Assembly (NCBI GenBank): GCA_965649225.1
Contig: CBFGJX010000001.1
Location: forward strand, 64,001-128,000
Length of the DNA: 64,000 nt
Source: a candidate division WOR-3 bacterium
GTDB lineage: Bacteria > Hydrothermota > Tepidihabitantia > Tepidihabitantales > Tepidihabitantaceae
Reading direction: 5' to 3'
The translations under genes were made by a program, and so were the position numbers. Shown here piece after piece: positions 60,002 through 64,000 of this stretch (position 1 is its first letter; each line of letters opens with the position of its first letter). Below the pieces are notes generated by a model, which saw only the letters and a list, made by a program, of their open reading frames with translations, did no database searches and was not told the origin of the DNA.

Positions 60002-62155
60002 TCAGTGCAACCTGACCAGCCGAGCGCTGGCGCTTGGGCGGCCCGGTTGAGCTGCCCACAGGCTGTAAACGCCAATCGGCAGCTCGGGCAAGTCAAGGGT
60101 CATTTTCCCGTTGCCGCTGCCGACTTCGTCCACCCGGAAAAACACAGTCCGCCCGGCGATGTCAACCACCGACAACTCCACGCGACCTGCCGCCAGCCCC
60201 TCGACCGCAACCGTCGACTGCCTGCTCACGACTGTCGGCCTGACCGCCAGCTTGTGCCTGCGACACAGGTCCGGGGTCGCCGGCACGCCGACCCCACCGA
60301 AGAACCGGTCATACCAGGCCTGGGCGGTGTCGCAGGCGGTCAACCAGCCGGCGGCATTGATCGAACCGACTACCGCCAGTGCAATCCGCCTGGTTTCTCC
60401 CGGTAAAATATCGGCCAAGTCCGCGGCCAGCACAACTGTCCAGTCCCCTGGCCTTGTCGAATCGCGTTCGAGCCCCTGGCCGCTGAGCATCAGCCATTTC
60501 TGGTCTTCGGTAAGGCAGGAATCGGGCCAGAGCCGCCGGGCATTATCCGCTGCACCCAGCGCCAATGGCAGCTGTGGATCAAGCAGAACCAATCCTGCAG
60601 TCGGCGCCGGCGAGTCGAGATACTGCACCCTTACTGCCCGGCGCGCTGTGTCGAAGAATACCCGATTGGAATCGGCGTACGGAAAAACGACGAAATCTGC
60701 CAGCACACCGGCGCACAGATTGGTGACAAGACTCTCGCCGGCATTGGTGATGTCAAAAACTCCCAGTGCCCAGAGGTCGTGGTAACCGACCGCACAATTC
60801 TGATACCAGTTCTGCTCGACGACGATGCCGGCTGGAGTCGGATGCCCGACATCGCTCATTTTTCCCTGCCAGCGTTCATCTGCCGGCCACGGATTGGACA
60901 CCCGCCTCAGCGTGTCGAGCGTCACCCAGTCATGGTTCGTAAACGACCGGCTGGGCCGGCCATAGTAATGGTCAACAAGCCACTGTGGGGAATTGCCAAT
61001 TGCGAAGCTAGCAAAACGAAGCGAACTCGGGAAATCTTTTGGCACGCGGAAACCCTGTCCCCGTCCACCCGGTTCGTCACTGCCAATGCCGCCATTACTC
61101 GAGACCGACAGACAGACCATTCCCGTATCGAGGGTCGCGACATTGACTGCCGGCGCACCGCCCACAACCAGCTCAAATGGCCAGATTGATTCCGGCAACG
61201 GACTGGACGCCCGCAACAGCAGCGTACACACCACCGGCGTCCCGGGCAAAAGCCGGCTCGATGCCGCAAGCACAAAACCATCAGCAATACTGGCCGTGGT
61301 CTCTCCCGGCGCAACCGTACCGACGACGGCAAACGAATCAACCACCACCAGCTGCCGATTGCCGGAACGCAGCGTCGCGCTAACACCAGTCGCCGGCCGC
61401 TGGCCGGCATTACGTACCACGATCTGCAGCGGCACAGTCTCCAGCGGATCAATTCGTCCGTTACCATTGCCGGCCGGCGGCGTATCAACAACCACCCGGG
61501 CCACCGGTATAATCAGCGGGCCGGAGCGGTCATACAGTGCGATGTCGTCGGCGAGGACCCTCGCCGCAGTTCCGCACCCCCCTCAGCCGCCGACGCCATT
61601 ACCCCAGGCCTGCAGTCCAACCACGACCCGGGCCACGTCGGCCGGATTCACGCCGCTCAAACGGGACAGTTCATCCCTGATTACCAACTCGCGCTCAAAC
61701 CAGTCATCACTGCTGACGGTAATCAACCATCGGGTCGGGGTATTGTTCAACGGTGAGTAAGCAGTTTTGCGCACGACCATGGTTGCACCCAGCGGCTCAC
61801 CGGCGGCGTTTTGATACTCCAGCACCACCGCCGCGTGAGCATAGTAGGCCGGAGTATCCCGGGCAACCGTGGCCGCCAGTCGAGCCCGAAACAGCAGACT
61901 GACATCCAGCCCAGGCAGCACCGCAGACTGAAAGAGCCTGGTGCTGTAGCGTTGAACCTTCTCCACAAAGACTTCACAGTCGCTGTCAGCGTCGTATTCA
62001 GGACCAGTCACGGCAGTCCACGACCCGTCAACCGAATCGACTGCCAGAGTCCAGCCCAGCAGTCCCTGTTCAAAACGACCGTTGTTGATGAGGTTGCCGC
62101 CGTTGGCCGAAACCACCAGCAGGACCGGCATTATCAGCGTTGTGGCAGTTTTCAA
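60002..62155 (-). CDS. putative secreted selenoprotein (717 aa; U-x-x-C at Sec191, UGA 61585-61583): CBM-like, Ig-like and beta-sandwich domains plus T9SS-like CTD
   Basis: ORFs 61583-62155 and 60002-61504 are in one frame separated only by TGA. The 5' part has the signal peptide and the 3' part has the CTD. The junction reads GNGVGG-U-GGCGTAARVLADDIALY. A SECIS-like hairpin follows. Confidence 0.85.
61537..61582 (-). promoter_or_regulatory. bacterial SECIS-like element
   Basis: UGA, then 23 nt to a GGUC loop closed by CGGCGAG/CUCGCCG; lower stem GUGCG/CGCAC. Confidence 0.8.
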
Positions 62156-62161
62156 CTCACC

Positions 62162-62230
62162 AGTCTACCGCCAGGTCTGTTGGATGGTCAACTCCTGCCG
62201 GCTTGACCCCGTTTGAGGCCTGTCTATAAT
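62162..62230. promoter_or_regulatory. divergent sigma70-type promoters
   Basis: Minus strand: TTGACC (62191-62186), 18 nt, TAGACT (62167-62162), 6 nt before TTG 62155. Plus strand: TTGACC (62203-62208), 16 nt, TATAAT (62225-62230). Confidence 0.65.
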
Positions 62231-62277
62231 CCGTCGCCCTGATGATCCCCCCGCTGCCAGATTGCTATGGAGGAAAA

Positions 62278-63459
62278 ATGAACAAAAGAACTGTTGTTGC
62301 GATGCCGGGTGACGGCATTGGCAAGGTTGTCCTGCCCGAGGCAATCCGCGTCCTTGACGCGGTCGGGTTCGAGGCTGAATATGTCCACGGCGACATCGGC
62401 TGGGAGTTCTGGTGTCGGGAAGGCAACGCCTTTCCCGACCGCACCATCAAACTGCTGCAGGAGCACAAGCTCGGGCTTTTCGGGGCCATCACGTCCAAAC
62501 CCAAAGACAAAGCCCAGGCCGAACTCGACCCGTCCCTGCAGGGCAAAGGCTTGCAGTACTTCTCACCGATTGTCACGATGCGTCAGCTTTTTGACCTCGA
62601 CATCTGCATCCGCCCCTGCCGGTCCTTTCCCGGCAATCCACTCAACTTCATCCGTCGCCGGGGCGACGGCTTCGAGGAACCGAAGATCGATGCGGTGATT
62701 TTCCGCCAGAACACCGAATGTCTGTATGTCGGCGTCGAATGGACCAACCCGCCCGACGAGGTACGCCGCGCCTTGGAAACCCACAAGAAAATGAAGGCTT
62801 TCAGCAATGTACCGTCTGCTGACATGGCGATCTCGCTGCGTATCTTCACGCGCGGAGCGTGCCAGCGCATCAGCCGTGCTGCCTTCGAATACGCCCGCCG
62901 CTTCGGTTACAAAACCGTGACTGTCTGCGAAAAACCCAATGTTGTTCGCGAAACATCGGGAATGATGGAGGCCGAGGCAAAGAAAATCGCCCAGGACTAT
63001 CCCGAAATCAAACTCAGGTCGGACAACATCGATGCGGTAATGATGTGGCTGACGAAAAACCCCGAAGATTACGGCGTGATCATTGCCGGCAACATGTTCG
63101 GCGACATCGTTTCCGACGGCTTCGCCGGGCTCGTCGGCGGTCTCGGCTTTGCCTACTCCGGCAACATCGGCCGCGAAGTGGCAGTATTCGAGCCCACTCA
63201 TGGTTCGGCGCCCAAATACGAAAAACTCGATCCCCCGATTGTCAATCCGATTGCGATGATTATGGCAGCGGCGATGATGCTTGACCACATCGGCGAAAAC
63301 GACAAAGCCCGACGCATCGAAGCTGCGGTTGCCAGGGTGATAAAAGCCGGCAGAGTCCGCACCTATGACATGCTGCGCCTTCCCGGCGGCCCGGATGTCA
63401 TTGCCCGCGGTGCCGCAACAACCGGCCAGATGACCGACGCCATTATCGCCGAACTGTGA
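62278..63459 (+). CDS. isocitrate/isopropylmalate family dehydrogenase
   Basis: PGDGIG, RQNTE, NMFGDIVSD, FEPTHGSAP, NPIA; GGAGG RBS before ATG 62278. Confidence 0.92.
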   Translation: MNKRTVVAMPGDGIGKVVLPEAIRVLDAVGFEAEYVHGDIGWEFWCREGNAFPDRTIKLLQEHKLGLFGAITSKPKDKAQAELDPSLQGKGLQYFSPIVTMRQLFDLDICIRPCRSFPGNPLNFIRRRGDGFEEPKIDAVIFRQNTECLYVGVEWTNPPDEVRRALETHKKMKAFSNVPSADMAISLRIFTRGACQRISRAAFEYARRFGYKTVTVCEKPNVVRETSGMMEAEAKKIAQDYPEIKLRSDNIDAVMMWLTKNPEDYGVIIAGNMFGDIVSDGFAGLVGGLGFAYSGNIGREVAVFEPTHGSAPKYEKLDPPIVNPIAMIMAAAMMLDHIGENDKARRIEAAVARVIKAGRVRTYDMLRLPGGPDVIARGAATTGQMTDAIIAEL

Positions 63460-63465
63460 GGGAAC

Positions 63466-64000
63466 ATGATTACCGACAAGGACATCGCCGAGCTTTTTGA
63501 GAATCAGCTCGAAGAAATCCGCGACCGCGAACTGCGCGAGAAAACGGTCAGGGTATGGGTTGAAGCCTGTCGCGAAGGCGGCTGGAAGACCGTCGAGCAA
63601 CTCGAACGGATGCCGTTCACCCTCCTCACCGATTGCCGCGGCATCAGTATTATCGAACACACCATCGCCGTAACCGAGGGAGCGCTTGGTCTGGCCGACG
63701 CCCAGCGCGACAACTACCGGCATCTGCCCTATCAGATTGACAATGACCGACTGGTTGTTGGCGGCCTGCTGCACGATGTCGGCAAGCTGCTGGAAACCGA
63801 ACCCGACGAAACCGGCGGCTACCGAAAATCACGGCGCGGCCAGTATGCGCGACACCCGATATCCGGGGCGATTCTCGCCGCCCGCTGCGGCATGCCTGAC
63901 GACATCGTCAACACCATCGCCTGTCACGCCCGGGAAGGTGACGGCGCACCCAAAGTAGTTGAAACCGTCCTCATTCACCAGGCCGATTTTGCTACCTTTG
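63466..64000 (+). CDS. HD (HDIG) domain metal-dependent phosphohydrolase, 3'-partial
   Basis: Open frame MITDKDIAELF...IEHT...LLHDVGK...RHPISG...CH...HQAD runs off the window end. Confidence 0.85.
   Translation, partial: MITDKDIAELFENQLEEIRDRELREKTVRVWVEACREGGWKTVEQLERMPFTLLTDCRGISIIEHTIAVTEGALGLADAQRDNYRHLPYQIDNDRLVVGGLLHDVGKLLETEPDETGGYRKSRRGQYARHPISGAILAARCGMPDDIVNTIACHAREGDGAPKVVETVLIHQADFATF

Noticed and set aside
1..64000. Genome-wide UGA reassignment (code 4 or 25) as the explanation for the in-frame TGAs
   Set aside because: Many genes end at TGA at their expected C-termini, often in ATGA/GTGA overlaps, and long conserved genes contain no internal TGA.

Overview
GC-rich, gene-dense chromosomal segment from a diderm anaerobic bacterium. 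The gene content (LpxB, TamAB, PorV/PorZ-like proteins, many secreted proteins with a C-terminal 'GxYF' sorting domain, DUF6754 cluster) suggests an FCB-related lineage such as candidate division WOR-3; this is inference. In order, it holds: a five-gene uncharacterised membrane cluster, tamA-tamB-priA, a TPR/sigma54 activator with two zinc-ribbon microproteins, acs/OFA-MFS/malic enzyme, a CoA-transferase/acyl-CoA dehydrogenase operon, a group-3c-like [NiFe] hydrogenase pair, glycosylation genes, agmatinase, lpxB, a ~25-kb block of T9SS-like secreted proteins (including a 16-repeat 1862-aa surface protein), an isocitrate/isopropylmalate-family dehydrogenase and a partial HD protein. Main discovery: two paralogous exported jelly-roll (CBM-like) proteins (36139-36765 and 60002-62155, both minus strand) each carry an in-frame UGA in the same loop (motifs C-U and U-x-x-C). 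Each UGA is followed by a SECIS-like hairpin with a GGUC loop and by the domain's missing last beta-strand. This points to an apparently undescribed family of secreted selenoproteins that the ORF track truncates or splits. Also found: an unannotated 53-aa Cys-repeat protein, a leaderless uORF coupled to tamA, a frameshifted pseudogene copy of a neighbouring gene, a Walker-A-less PriA and a probable heteromeric acyl-CoA dehydrogenase. No rRNA, tRNA, CRISPR array or IS element was recognised.
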